This document shows, in pieces, positions 1 to 9,668 of a DNA stretch of 23,788 nucleotides; positions within the stretch are counted from its first letter, which is position 1, and the number at the start of each line of letters is the position of its first letter. A program made the position numbers and the translations under genes. The DNA lies in the sequence record OR670332; one strand, written 5' to 3'. Below the pieces are notes generated by a model that worked only from the letters and a program-made list of their open reading frames with translations, had not been told where the DNA came from and searched no databases. The DNA comes from Shigella phage fPSFA.

Positions 1-1143
1 GCGGCGCTGGAGTCGGACGCTAATGTGGTGTGCACTAACTACGAAGTTATCGAGTGGCTGATTGACTACTACGGCAAAGATGACTGGCCTTTTACGGTTA
101 TAGTTGCCGATGAAAGTACGAAGCTTAAATCATTCCGTAGCCGTTCGGGCGGGAGCAAACGGGCAAGGGCGCTTAGTAAGGTGGCATTTGGAAAGGTTAA
201 GCGTTTCATCAACCTGACCGGTACACCGTCACCTAACGGCCTAAAAGACTTATGGGGCCAGAACTGGTTTATCGATGCTGGCGAGCGCCTGGGGTCTTCG
301 TACACAGCATTCACTGACCGCTGGTTTAACTCGGTACAGAAAGGGAAGTCAGCTATGGCACGGGAGTACCACGCCCGCCCCGGCGCGGATAACGAGATTC
401 ACCAGAAGATGAAGGATATCAGCCTTACCATTGATGCCGCCGAGTGGTTCGGTTGTGAAGCGCCTGTTATTGTACCGGTTGAGATTGACCTGCCGAAGAA
501 AGCGCGTCAAGCCTACATCGATATGGAGGAGAAGTTATTCGCGGAACTGGAGAGCGGAGAAGTTGAAGCGGCTAACGCCGCCGCTAAAACGGCTAAGTGC
601 TTGCAGATTGCTTCCGGTGCCGTGTATGTGTCAGGGCCGGATGGTGAAGCAACGAAAGACTGGGAGAAAGTGCACGACGCGAAACTCGATGCGTTAGAGT
701 CCATTGTCGAGGAGTTGCAGGGTGCGCCGCTGCTGGTGGCCTATCAGTTCAAGCACGAACTTGAGCGCATTCTTAGGCGATTCCCCCAGGCGCAGGCGTT
801 TGCGAAAGGTGCTAAGGGTAATAAGCAGATGGAATCTTGGAACCGCGGGGAAATCGAGATTTTGTGCGTGCACCCTGCATCGGCGGGCCATGGTTTGAAT
901 TTACAGGACGGCGGGCATCATCTGGCGTTTATTTCGCAAGGCTGGAACCTGGAGCACTATTTGCAGGTTGTCGAGCGTATAGGTCCTGTACGCCAGAAAC
1001 AGGCTGGCCACGAGCGTCCAGTGTTCCTGTATCACATAGTCGCTAAAGACACGCTGGATGAGGTCGTTGCCGCGCGTACGGACGAGAAAAAATCTGTCCA
1101 GGAAGAGTTGCTTAATTATATGAAGAGACGAGGTAAGAGATGA
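1..1143 (+). CDS. SNF2-family helicase/ATPase, C-terminal part (5' end lies outside window)
   Basis: Reading frame is open to window position 1. Motifs VIVADESTK (motif II-like), INLTGTP (motif III), and SAGHGLNLQ...GWNLEHYLQVVERIGP...TLDEVV (SNF2-type C-terminal helicase motifs). Confidence 0.7.
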   Translation, partial: AALESDANVVCTNYEVIEWLIDYYGKDDWPFTVIVADESTKLKSFRSRSGGSKRARALSKVAFGKVKRFINLTGTPSPNGLKDLWGQNWFIDAGERLGSSYTAFTDRWFNSVQKGKSAMAREYHARPGADNEIHQKMKDISLTIDAAEWFGCEAPVIVPVEIDLPKKARQAYIDMEEKLFAELESGEVEAANAAAKTAKCLQIASGAVYVSGPDGEATKDWEKVHDAKLDALESIVEELQGAPLLVAYQFKHELERILRRFPQAQAFAKGAKGNKQMESWNRGEIEILCVHPASAGHGLNLQDGGHHLAFISQGWNLEHYLQVVERIGPVRQKQAGHERPVFLYHIVAKDTLDEVVAARTDEKKSVQEELLNYMKRRGKR

Positions 1144-1301
1144 ACATCATAGCCCCGATTCCGGCATTGCAAAAACGTATTAAGGAACTAGAGGAGGAGG
1201 CTCTACGACTACGTCAGCAAAGAGACGCCGCTAATGCGCAACTTGACTTTATTATGGAGAATCTGAAATGCGATACACTACCGGAGCAAAATGCTTCATA
1301 G
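1140..1301 (+). CDS. small hypothetical protein (53 aa, coiled-coil-like), translationally coupled to helicase
   Basis: ATG at 1140 overlaps the helicase stop (ATGA), GAGG sits 6 nt upstream, and the ORF was translated by hand to TAG at 1299-1301 (MNIIAPIPALQKRIKELEEEALRLRQQRDAANAQLDFIMENLKCDTLPEQNAS). It is below the ORF-track size cut-off. Confidence 0.35.
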   Translation: MNIIAPIPALQKRIKELEEEALRLRQQRDAANAQLDFIMENLKCDTLPEQNAS

Positions 1302-1359
1302 CAGGACTTATTATTGCCGGTGTTTTTACTATGTACGCTTTGTACAGCGTAATTTGAAG

Positions 1360-1393
1360 AAGGCCCCGAAAGGGGCCTTAATTTTTTTTTTTA
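1360..1393. terminator. bidirectional intrinsic terminator between convergent helicase operon and tailspike gene
   Basis: Stem AAGGCCCC (1360-1367), loop GAAA, stem GGGGCCTT (1372-1379), followed by AATTTTTTTTTT on the plus strand. It lies between converging genes. Confidence 0.65.
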
Positions 1394-3421
1394 GGATAAG
1401 GTGTAGGTTACGTAAGTCCCGTCTGGTTTCTTGGCGAGGATTCTCAGCACCCCATCACTTCCAAAGAAAAAGCCTATAGATGAGTTATGTTCTAAAGCAC
1501 TTTCTGGTAATTGTAAAGACGCAACAGGTATGCTCATGTGCTTAAAGCCTAAGCGGTTAAGCTGCATCTCACCCACACGCTCCCCTCCCTGGATTGCCGA
1601 AAGCTTGACAATACTAGCTTCATTACCAGGCGATGCTACTTGGCAACTTGCTGTCATAAGTAATGATGGATTTATTGTGCCCCCCATTGCCGGGCGCATA
1701 GCCAGGGTCATGTCGTTATCACCATGCTGTACGTTTATGTTCCCACCCTGAATATCACCAACATACGTACAAAGTATCTTTTTCGTACCAGAACCCGCGC
1801 ACGAAACAGACGATATTTCGGAACCCGGCGCGTATACGGCATACCCTTGTGTAGAGTATGCGTGAATCATCACTCCGCGCAATCTGCTGCCGCCTTCGCA
1901 TGTAAGCTGATTTAGGTTAGTTAAATCCTTGTTTGCACCTATAACTGTTACATTAGTAATATCATTGTTAGTACCCCTGTCGAAAATCCCCTCTTTATGG
2001 GCTTCGTAGGTTACAACATTATCAATGATATTTTTTTGCCCATCCCACCACGCGCCGATACCCATACAGTCACGTGTAATGATATTGCGGATGATGTGCT
2101 GAGTAGGTAAATGGAACCATGGGTACTCAGCAAGAGTGTAATCGTCTACACGTTCGGTTGGCGCCCCCGTGTCAGCATTAACATCAATCCCATCATAATA
2201 ACACTGGATTGTAGTTATATTGTCGAACACCAAACGGTAGTTCCTGGCTGACCGTCCCCCGATTTCATTCTGATATGTCTTAACACCAGATTCGCCAACG
2301 CGATATGATATTAAATCCCTTACCCCTCCATTGTGATCATCACCACCGTCATTTCTGATAAATAAAACTGCAGAACCAGAACCGTATTTTATCTCACCAC
2401 CGACCACCCAGTTACCAGTACCCCATGCGGCTGTTTGATGGTTCTCAAATGTAATACCAGACTCCCAGGCAATAAAATTACGTGGATTTTTTACGAGAAT
2501 ACGATTACAGAGTGTGAACAGATACCCACCAAATGTAGCTTCTGGGTTCTCTACGATGATATTATCGCCGCTCATTATTCGCAAAGTTGCACCAGCAACC
2601 TGATTTTTTACATTATCAGGAAGGTTGGTCCAAATATCTAAATCGTTAACGCTTGGCTTATACCCCTTATCCATCCTTTGGGCTACCGACGCCAGCACCG
2701 TTGATGGGTTAGTCACCCAGTTACCGTTGTCGTCGAATCTATACACCGTGTACGGCGTGGTTTGTGTCTGCATGTGCGGCTGGTTCACAACAGACCCTTC
2801 GCCGAGTTGCTCCCATATTAACATGCCATCACCAATAAACTTCGCTTTACAGTCGATGGTCAGGGTCTTCCCGCCGAAGTTAACGGTCTCATTGTTGCTG
2901 AAGTTGTAATCGCGGTCGATAAGAACACTATCAACAGCGGCATCCGCCAATTGTTGTAACGTAGTAAAGTCAGACAGCTTAACGGAGTACTTAAATTTCT
3001 TATCCGCTTCCGCACGGAAGGTGATGTCCCCAAAAGCTACCCAAGCAGAATCAGAAATGCCACCGGTTGTTAGAGGGGTAGACGCCGCGGGGATAACTTT
3101 CGGCAGGGAGCCACGCCATGCGTAATAATTACCGTCCCCGCCATCTTCTTTCGGCCAAAGAACCGCTTTATTGGCGTCGTTAATTCCCAGGGTTCCGCCG
3201 GTTGTGAAGTTAAAAGACGCCGGAGAGAAACCGGCGTCACGCAAGACCGCGGGCAGCGTCTTCTGCGTCTGCCCGGTTACCTGGTTAGTAGCGTAGTCGA
3301 TATCTGCGCCACCCGCTACACCACCCTGTCTGCCGGTGATCACCTCGGCTTCGAAAATCTGGTGTTTTTTAGCTACCTGTAAATCGTAAAGTGACAATAC
3401 ATCACCGCAACCACTAGACAT
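1391..3421 (-). CDS. tailspike protein, P22-like endorhamnosidase domain with a distinct N-terminal attachment domain
   Basis: From about residue 136 onward the sequence (AEADKKFKYSVKLSDFTTLQQLADAAVDSVLIDRDYNF...TIDCKAKFIGDG) closely parallels the P22 tailspike receptor-binding/catalytic domain (recalled from memory). ATG at 3421 with AGAGGA 7 nt upstream. Confidence 0.9.
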   Translation of the reverse strand: MSSGCGDVLSLYDLQVAKKHQIFEAEVITGRQGGVAGGADIDYATNQVTGQTQKTLPAVLRDAGFSPASFNFTTGGTLGINDANKAVLWPKEDGGDGNYYAWRGSLPKVIPAASTPLTTGGISDSAWVAFGDITFRAEADKKFKYSVKLSDFTTLQQLADAAVDSVLIDRDYNFSNNETVNFGGKTLTIDCKAKFIGDGMLIWEQLGEGSVVNQPHMQTQTTPYTVYRFDDNGNWVTNPSTVLASVAQRMDKGYKPSVNDLDIWTNLPDNVKNQVAGATLRIMSGDNIIVENPEATFGGYLFTLCNRILVKNPRNFIAWESGITFENHQTAAWGTGNWVVGGEIKYGSGSAVLFIRNDGGDDHNGGVRDLISYRVGESGVKTYQNEIGGRSARNYRLVFDNITTIQCYYDGIDVNADTGAPTERVDDYTLAEYPWFHLPTQHIIRNIITRDCMGIGAWWDGQKNIIDNVVTYEAHKEGIFDRGTNNDITNVTVIGANKDLTNLNQLTCEGGSRLRGVMIHAYSTQGYAVYAPGSEISSVSCAGSGTKKILCTYVGDIQGGNINVQHGDNDMTLAMRPAMGGTINPSLLMTASCQVASPGNEASIVKLSAIQGGERVGEMQLNRLGFKHMSIPVASLQLPESALEHNSSIGFFFGSDGVLRILAKKPDGTYVTYTLS

Positions 3422-3433
3422 ATGACTATCCTC

Positions 3434-5992
3434 TTAGTTAAAACCGTTATCGAATCCGCTGGAGAACGCACGACCGAAAGGAGGCACGTTGTCGAACTTA
3501 TAGAAATCCTTGTCATAGTTAAACCCGGTTATTTTGACTGTTCTGTCATCGCCGGGGTCTACCGTAGAAACAAGAATCATCTGAGCATTATGCCTTGCTT
3601 CGTTGCCGAATGAAAATTCAGTTTTCAGGGCGCTATTACCCGTGTAAATGGCTTCCTGCGGTACAGAAGTCATAATCACCTGCCTGTCGTGCGCTCCAGG
3701 GACTACATTAACACTTTGCACGCCGCCGTCACGTAACTTGAGAATCAAAGAATGGTCATCTCCCGAGGTGAACTTAACTGGTTGTGACAGTTCTACGGTG
3801 AGCCCGTTTACCGCGGTTACGTAGCCGTCGTAGGTCGCCATACGTGAACCCTTAACCACACTAATGGCACGATTCGGAAGGGCAAAAATACCCTCTTCAG
3901 TGGCGGTAAACGACACCGAAATTTTCTTTAAAATGTTCTTCTGGTGGCGACGGTTTGCCGCCCAGAAAGCCTGCTTATAGTTGCGGATTCCTTTTGAGTC
4001 GTAAGTCTCCGTTTTAAGGCCCCCGGTTTCGGGTATGGTTATAGTCTCTTTGACGTTCGTCTTAGGGTCTATGTACGAGAATTTAAGGCTGTCAAAAACC
4101 TGAGCATCGTTAAAGGTTCTGGTCCATTTTTCGGAAGTACCAGCCTTGCTTCGGTGGGTGAACACCATCTCAGGGCCCATGCGAGGGCGTTCAAAATCGA
4201 GAAGGATATCCGCCCCACGCCTATATGGAGTACAGAAGATAGCGTCGGCTATAGTACTAACTATATCCTGCATAGTGGTTTTATAGTCATCAAACGTGTA
4301 ACAAAATTCTCCGGCCTGTTTGTCGCCAAAATACGCTTCGACCTCGTTCTGCACGGCAAGTAACTTATCCATGTTGCGTACTGTCAGGTTTAAACCGCCC
4401 ACATCTGGGTCACGCGCCAGGCGGATGAGGGATTGTACAGCCTGTGTATTAGGTGTCATCGTATCTTCGAAAACACCGTTACCGAGGTATTTGTACACCA
4501 TTTCAGTAGCAATCATACGCAACTGCGGTTGCTTTACTTCCGCAGCACGGGGGGTCTGCTTGCGCATCGAGTGTACTGTTGTTCTGTTGCCGTAGTGTGG
4601 GGTGTTGTCACGTGTTTGCCCGTATAAGTTAACGTACGTTATCTCATCGACTACAGACCCCTCGAAATTAAAGTCCAGGTCTGTTACCCTTCTGGCGCGC
4701 ACCCGCACCCGTGACACAACCGGCAGGTCGGCGTAAATAGTGACGCCGTTGTAGTCCGGTGTACGCCCGGACACAGTTCCTTGCGCAGTATATATCGGTC
4801 CGTAAGGAGTGCTGTTTTCATCGAGCAATTGATACTGTATTTCGGCGGTTACAGACGCCAGTGTTTTCGATTTGCCGTTGTCTTTATACATGCCGTTCGC
4901 GGCGGCGATATTGGCGACTATACGCTCAACCTCGGTACGGTTTATTGAAACCCAATCGGTTAATGTTTTCTCATACGTGTTGTCTGGTTGCAGCGAGGCC
5001 TCTCCATCACCGCGGAAAAATGAACCGGGTCTTATTTCTTGCCACCGCCCGATAAGGCCGCCAGGCACGATAAAGGTAACGGCCCCTTCGGATACGCTTA
5101 ACACCTGATACCCACCGCCGGATAGGTCGACGTCCGTATTTGTCCACGCTGACACCAGCGAAAATGTATCATTAGGCACCAGTACCCCAGAAAAATCCGA
5201 ACCACCTGTTGGGTCATATATCGTGCCAATGTTTCCGGACAAAGACGGATACCCGGACATGTAAGAGAAAGAAATGCCCAGGCCGTTGGGTGCTTTCAGA
5301 ACCACGCCGTCTACTTCGTTAGATTCTACGGTGATATACAGGCCCTGCTCTATGGGGTCTCCGACCATGACCTGGGGTGTCGATGTGTTATTGGGTGATG
5401 TATATGGTGCGTACACGGCAACCGACGTACCTGTTATATCCGATACACGGGTATCCCCGTCCGTTATACCTTCCGGGTGTATGTCGAGGTAGCCGCGCCC
5501 GGCGTCGTAATAACCGTACTCTACAATTTTACCGGCGGCGTTAAACACCTTATAAGTAGTCATAAGGTTATTAGGGATGGTTTGCACCGTCCCGCAGATG
5601 TCATAACTGCGCTCGTAAGGGCGTGCCTTGTTGTTACGGTCGGTGAGACTGTTGTTCGGGGAATCCGCCTGCGAGTTCGCCAGGTTAGAGGACGCCCCTT
5701 TCACGGATGGTGATAGTAGTTTCGCTAGCGGTTTAAGGATAACGCTAAAAATCTTCATGACGCCTTTAATAGCGCCACCACCGGCAGATTCCACAATGTG
5801 GAAAGTCGCGTTTTCTTTCAGTGCTTCGAAGTCTTCTGTTACATCGTTATCTTCTCCGATTTCGTCGATGAAAACGCGAACCGGCACCCCATCGGGAACG
5901 TGGTTCACGACGAAGTTCATCGGATTATCGCGATATCGTTTAACGTCAAATGTGCCGTCTTCGTTACGGGTATAGTGGATTACTAGCGCCAA
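3434..5992 (-). CDS. tail tip / host specificity protein (lambda J-like central fibre), 852 aa
   Basis: Large ORF immediately downstream of the M/L/K-like genes and upstream of the tailspike. Apparent TTG start at 5992 with GGAG 8 nt upstream; first ATG is at residue 25. Call is by size and position. Confidence 0.55.
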   Translation of the reverse strand: MALVIHYTRNEDGTFDVKRYRDNPMNFVVNHVPDGVPVRVFIDEIGEDNDVTEDFEALKENATFHIVESAGGGAIKGVMKIFSVILKPLAKLLSPSVKGASSNLANSQADSPNNSLTDRNNKARPYERSYDICGTVQTIPNNLMTTYKVFNAAGKIVEYGYYDAGRGYLDIHPEGITDGDTRVSDITGTSVAVYAPYTSPNNTSTPQVMVGDPIEQGLYITVESNEVDGVVLKAPNGLGISFSYMSGYPSLSGNIGTIYDPTGGSDFSGVLVPNDTFSLVSAWTNTDVDLSGGGYQVLSVSEGAVTFIVPGGLIGRWQEIRPGSFFRGDGEASLQPDNTYEKTLTDWVSINRTEVERIVANIAAANGMYKDNGKSKTLASVTAEIQYQLLDENSTPYGPIYTAQGTVSGRTPDYNGVTIYADLPVVSRVRVRARRVTDLDFNFEGSVVDEITYVNLYGQTRDNTPHYGNRTTVHSMRKQTPRAAEVKQPQLRMIATEMVYKYLGNGVFEDTMTPNTQAVQSLIRLARDPDVGGLNLTVRNMDKLLAVQNEVEAYFGDKQAGEFCYTFDDYKTTMQDIVSTIADAIFCTPYRRGADILLDFERPRMGPEMVFTHRSKAGTSEKWTRTFNDAQVFDSLKFSYIDPKTNVKETITIPETGGLKTETYDSKGIRNYKQAFWAANRRHQKNILKKISVSFTATEEGIFALPNRAISVVKGSRMATYDGYVTAVNGLTVELSQPVKFTSGDDHSLILKLRDGGVQSVNVVPGAHDRQVIMTSVPQEAIYTGNSALKTEFSFGNEARHNAQMILVSTVDPGDDRTVKITGFNYDKDFYKFDNVPPFGRAFSSGFDNGFN

Positions 5993-6348
5993 AATTCAAT
6001 CTCCGAATAAGTATCTTTAAGGTCTTCCAGACTATCCAGTCTAACCTGTCTGGACGCCAGCTCACAGTGGCTAACCATTCCTTCGTAATATACCCCAGCG
6101 TGCCACACTATTCGCCCCCTATGTTTTACGCCCAGCAAGACCGCATCGAAATTCTGGGGGGTAGTCACACGTGTAAGACCTTTCGGATTAGCGTGGCCGT
6201 CGTCGAAAGCCGCACCTATTGCCGTTGGGCTGGTGACGTCAAACATTGGGGTGGATAGCCCCGCGTCAGCCCGGACGTTGCGGACGTGGTGCCAGCAATT
6301 ACGGCGACGGAAGTCATACGGCAAACCAGTGTAGCCATTAATGTTCAT
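5983..6348 (-). CDS. tail assembly protein with NlpC/P60-like fold (lambda K C-terminal-like)
   Basis: Candidate catalytic Cys in RRRNCWHHV and downstream GRIVWHAGVYYEGMVSHCE, resembling the NlpC/P60 His region. ATGA overlap with the upstream gene. Confidence 0.5.
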   Translation of the reverse strand: MNINGYTGLPYDFRRRNCWHHVRNVRADAGLSTPMFDVTSPTAIGAAFDDGHANPKGLTRVTTPQNFDAVLLGVKHRGRIVWHAGVYYEGMVSHCELASRQVRLDSLEDLKDTYSEIEFWR

Positions 6349-6860
6349 GATGTCAGTATTCCCCGAAGTAAAGGAATCTCCTCCGGTGTCATCAAAATGC
6401 CAGTAGCCCGTTGGTTAAGCATCGGCGTACCGGTTTCTGCGGTGAATACGCCTTTTTCTTGCGTGAGTGTTTGTAACTCATAAACCACCGGACCGTCACA
6501 TGGATAGGACAGGTCGGTACTTACATAACGCCGAAAGATGAATTTAGGTAATTCCTTATTATCATAAGGAATGCGGTCCATTTCCTCGTCCAGTATATTA
6601 AGCACATCCGGCAACGAAAATGACGCGGTCTGGTCCATATCGTTATTGTTAGCTGCGGCCTTAGCCTCCATTGGTGTACCTTCGAACGTCACGACCTCCC
6701 CGGTCTCGAGAGTTGCGGTCAGGTCATTAGCCCCGCGCACGAGTAACCACCGTTTCGAAAGAAGTGGGTGGTATATCTCAAGAGTAATAAAATCCATTTC
6801 ACCGTCTGGATTGGACGCCAGCTTACGCCGGTATGCCGCTTCTACTGATTCCTGACTCAT
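6345..6860 (-). CDS. minor tail protein (lambda L-like)
   Basis: Position between the M-like and K-like genes. Start taken as the ATG at 6860, which overlaps the upstream stop as ATGA; the ORF track starts 5 codons earlier. Confidence 0.45.
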   Translation of the reverse strand: MSQESVEAAYRRKLASNPDGEMDFITLEIYHPLLSKRWLLVRGANDLTATLETGEVVTFEGTPMEAKAAANNNDMDQTASFSLPDVLNILDEEMDRIPYDNKELPKFIFRRYVSTDLSYPCDGPVVYELQTLTQEKGVFTAETGTPMLNQRATGILMTPEEIPLLRGILTS

Positions 6861-7357
6861 TGCATGGGGTCCCATATTCTCGGGAATGTAGTCTGATACA
6901 CTCCGTAGGTTTTAAGGAATTCGCCAAGGCAATCACCATAGCACCCGTACAAATCGGGTAGGTTCTGGTTCAGGCAAGCGTTGTTGGTTTCCTGGAATGG
7001 TGATTTCTCAGCGGTGGCCGTGAAGGTGATTACCCAATTCTTTCCGTCATCTGTGGACTCGTTCCACGTGGATGTTAACGTTACCTGGTAATCGTCAATA
7101 CCCTGGCCAAGGTCGTGCTTCATCCAGAAACTGGACGCACCACCGTCTACCTTTTCCATGAAACTGAGGAATGCCTGGCGGCCCAACGGCGATACGACCA
7201 GGGTAACGTTAATTGGAAACACGTCAAAATAGGTGTCTCGTCCCTGTCGAACTCCGCCACCGGCCAGGTCTACCCGCCACACGTTGTTACCGCGGGTCAT
7301 CGAGTAGCCTTTAGATACTATAGGCCTCAAAGAGGCCGGGAAATGGTAATCGCTCAT
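6857..7357 (-). CDS. minor tail protein (lambda M-like distal tail protein)
   Basis: Lies immediately after the tape measure gene. The pattern SKGYSMTRGNNVWRVDL...QAFLSFMEKVDGGASSFWMK resembles lambda gpM (recalled). Confidence 0.5.
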   Translation of the reverse strand: MSDYHFPASLRPIVSKGYSMTRGNNVWRVDLAGGGVRQGRDTYFDVFPINVTLVVSPLGRQAFLSFMEKVDGGASSFWMKHDLGQGIDDYQVTLTSTWNESTDDGKNWVITFTATAEKSPFQETNNACLNQNLPDLYGCYGDCLGEFLKTYGVYQTTFPRIWDPMQ

Positions 7358-7358
7358 A

Positions 7359-9668
7359 TCAATATCCTGGTTGGCCGCGTGTAGCGCGACGTGACTTAGA
7401 AATGGCGCTGTTACTATCCTGCAACGCTGAACTTACGGTTTCACTGATTATAATACGTAAACGACCTTCGTCGTCACGTTCCGTTGTTGCCGAATCAATT
7501 CTTCCAGTGGTGTTGTTCACAATAGTAACATTATCTCCGCCGGATTTAGCGCCACTCTCCCCCATAATCTGTCGCATCTGCTCCGCCGTTCGGACACGGG
7601 AGGCGCTGGCGGGCATAATCACTTCTGGTTTACCGCGTTCGGCAATAGTAGACATCTGGCCTGCGGCCAGGTTGCCGCCCTGCTCGCGCGCCGACCGTAT
7701 TTTACCTACGTTGGCAAGACCAGCAGCTACCGCCGCCGCCGCGGCAACAGGGGCCAGATATGGGCCGACTACCGGTATGGCTGCTGTTGATTTATACGCT
7801 TCTACGGCTGACGTGTACGTGGCGATTGTCGCCTGTGCGATTGCAAATGCCTTGTACGCGGTGGACGCTTCCCCCAGTGCTGACCCGATGTTGCTTGCCA
7901 TATTGCCGAAAGCTGCACCGGTTGCCTTCGCCCGGTCAAGGGAGTAGGACTCATCCATAGCGCTTAACGTTTGCTGGTATGTTTCTTCGGCAATTAAACC
8001 CTGAGCATGGAAATCATTAAGTTTTTGCAGCTTAACCTCATACTGGCGGTCTAACTCCGCAAATTCTCCTTCAGCAAGGGCCTGCATCTGAGCGACATAC
8101 GCATCCGCGGAGAACTGTTTTTTCATCCTCTCTTCGGTCTGCTGCTCTAAAATCTCGTTCCTCTTGGCGTCGGCGTCTACCGCTATCTGTGTCTTGGCTG
8201 CTTCGAACTGTTCTTGGGAGATAGCCCCCTGTTGCTGGAACTCCTGCAATTTGGCTAATTTCTGTTGTTCCTGTGCATCTATAGCCGCGAGTTCATCGGA
8301 ATTCTGTCTGGCTATAGTATTCAAGAAGTCATCCGCGGCTTTTTTCTGCCTTTGTGCCTGGGTTTCTTCTCTTTTTATCTGCGCCGCTTCTCTTTTCTCG
8401 GCAGCGGCATTTACTCGTTCTGTTTTTGCTTTTTCGGTTGCGTCTATACGTGCAATATCTTGCTGGGCCTCCGTGTCGCGGGCCGCGTTATAGGCTGCTA
8501 TCTGCTCCTTTGTAACGCCTTCACGTTTCGCGAATGCTTCCTTGTCGGCTTGGGCTTGCGCCTTAACGCGCTCCCGGTCGCTGAGAATCGCTATCTGTTG
8601 GTTTTTGACAATAGCGTCATTCTGCTCTCGTAAACGTTGCGTAGTTGCGTTGACATTACTACCTAAATTCTTCTGTGCTTCCGCCGCGGCCCGAGTGGAC
8701 TTCTCCGCATTTTCCAATGCAGTGGCATTATCATTGGCGCTTTTTGTAAGTCGAACCAATTCGGGATTAAGGTTTTTAGACGTCCCCAACCATTCAGTAA
8801 ACACGTCCGATATGCGGCGAGCATTTTCGGCGGTTGGTTCTTTGTTAAAGGCGCTTTGCGCCGCTATCATTTCTAATGCTTGCTCACGGTTAACACCGAA
8901 TTTATCGCTAAGTTCCCCTATGTTTTGCGCCAGCATATTGACGCCAACGATATTCCCCTCGTAGGTGCCGCCGAGTTTTTCGAGAGTATCGCCTACGTCT
9001 GCTCCTTTAGCCACTAGTGCATCGTATTGACTGATAGCCGCGGATGTCGAAGCTTTCCATGTTTCCCAAGATTTAGCGTCTTCTTGGATAGCTTTGGCCG
9101 TTTGCTGTGCAATTATATCAGCGTTAGCCTTAGCCAGCGCTAACTGTGTTTCAGCGGCTTCACGGCTTATTTGCGTCAGTTGGATAAGGCCATCGGTGAG
9201 TTCAAATGTGCCGGACGAAGTTTGCTGAAAGGTACTCTTTAGTTGTTCCTGAGCAGCTTCCAGGTCTTTAGTACTGGCTTCTGCGGATGTTAGTGATTTG
9301 TACAGAACCCCACCAACGGCAGAAGCTAATGCAATTATCGCACCGAGTACCGCACCGCCCGGCCCAAACGCCCCGGCCAACTGTGAACCCTGCTGCCCTA
9401 TCGCGACGAACGCCGATGTGCCGGATTGCAACTGGACAACCATATCCTGCACCTGAAAGCCAACTTGCCCAGCCGCGTTACGGAATTTTGACAAGCCGTC
9501 GCCAGCGGCTTTTGACGTCGCTGAGTTAGTTTTATCCACTGCTGGGGTTAACTTCTGTACTGCGCCCTCGGCGGTGTTGGCCGATGTGGATAATTTGTCG
9601 AGTTCCTGCGCGGCCTGACGGGCACCTTCGGTCTTAACTCGTGCAATGAGTGATGCGGTATCAGCCAT
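7359..9668 (-). CDS. tail tape measure protein
   Basis: About 770 aa, dominated by Ala/Gln/Glu-rich coiled-coil sequence, with a Gly/Ala-rich hydrophobic segment near the C-terminus (AIPVVGPYLAPVAAAAAVAAGLANVG). Follows overlapping chaperone ORFs. Start taken as ATG at 9668 (GAGGG upstream); the ORF track begins at TTG 9683. Confidence 0.85.
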   Translation of the reverse strand: MADTASLIARVKTEGARQAAQELDKLSTSANTAEGAVQKLTPAVDKTNSATSKAAGDGLSKFRNAAGQVGFQVQDMVVQLQSGTSAFVAIGQQGSQLAGAFGPGGAVLGAIIALASAVGGVLYKSLTSAEASTKDLEAAQEQLKSTFQQTSSGTFELTDGLIQLTQISREAAETQLALAKANADIIAQQTAKAIQEDAKSWETWKASTSAAISQYDALVAKGADVGDTLEKLGGTYEGNIVGVNMLAQNIGELSDKFGVNREQALEMIAAQSAFNKEPTAENARRISDVFTEWLGTSKNLNPELVRLTKSANDNATALENAEKSTRAAAEAQKNLGSNVNATTQRLREQNDAIVKNQQIAILSDRERVKAQAQADKEAFAKREGVTKEQIAAYNAARDTEAQQDIARIDATEKAKTERVNAAAEKREAAQIKREETQAQRQKKAADDFLNTIARQNSDELAAIDAQEQQKLAKLQEFQQQGAISQEQFEAAKTQIAVDADAKRNEILEQQTEERMKKQFSADAYVAQMQALAEGEFAELDRQYEVKLQKLNDFHAQGLIAEETYQQTLSAMDESYSLDRAKATGAAFGNMASNIGSALGEASTAYKAFAIAQATIATYTSAVEAYKSTAAIPVVGPYLAPVAAAAAVAAGLANVGKIRSAREQGGNLAAGQMSTIAERGKPEVIMPASASRVRTAEQMRQIMGESGAKSGGDNVTIVNNTTGRIDSATTERDDEGRLRIIISETVSSALQDSNSAISKSRRATRGQPGY

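Noticed and set aside
1291-1479. Plus-strand 62-aa ORF after the helicase gene
   Set aside because: It runs straight through the terminator hairpin and into the antisense of the tailspike gene 3' end, and has no RBS.
4154-6258. Multiple plus-strand ORFs antisense to the J-like and K-like genes
   Set aside because: All are nested antisense within long, position-supported minus-strand tail genes and show no motifs or translation signals.
7402-8964. Several plus-strand ORFs (for example 7402-7947, 8164-8493, 8265-8633, 8542-8964) overlapping the tape measure gene
   Set aside because: They are antisense to a well-supported long minus-strand gene, have low-complexity Cys/Ser/Ala-rich translations and lack RBSs. 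They are open-frame artefacts of the biased composition.
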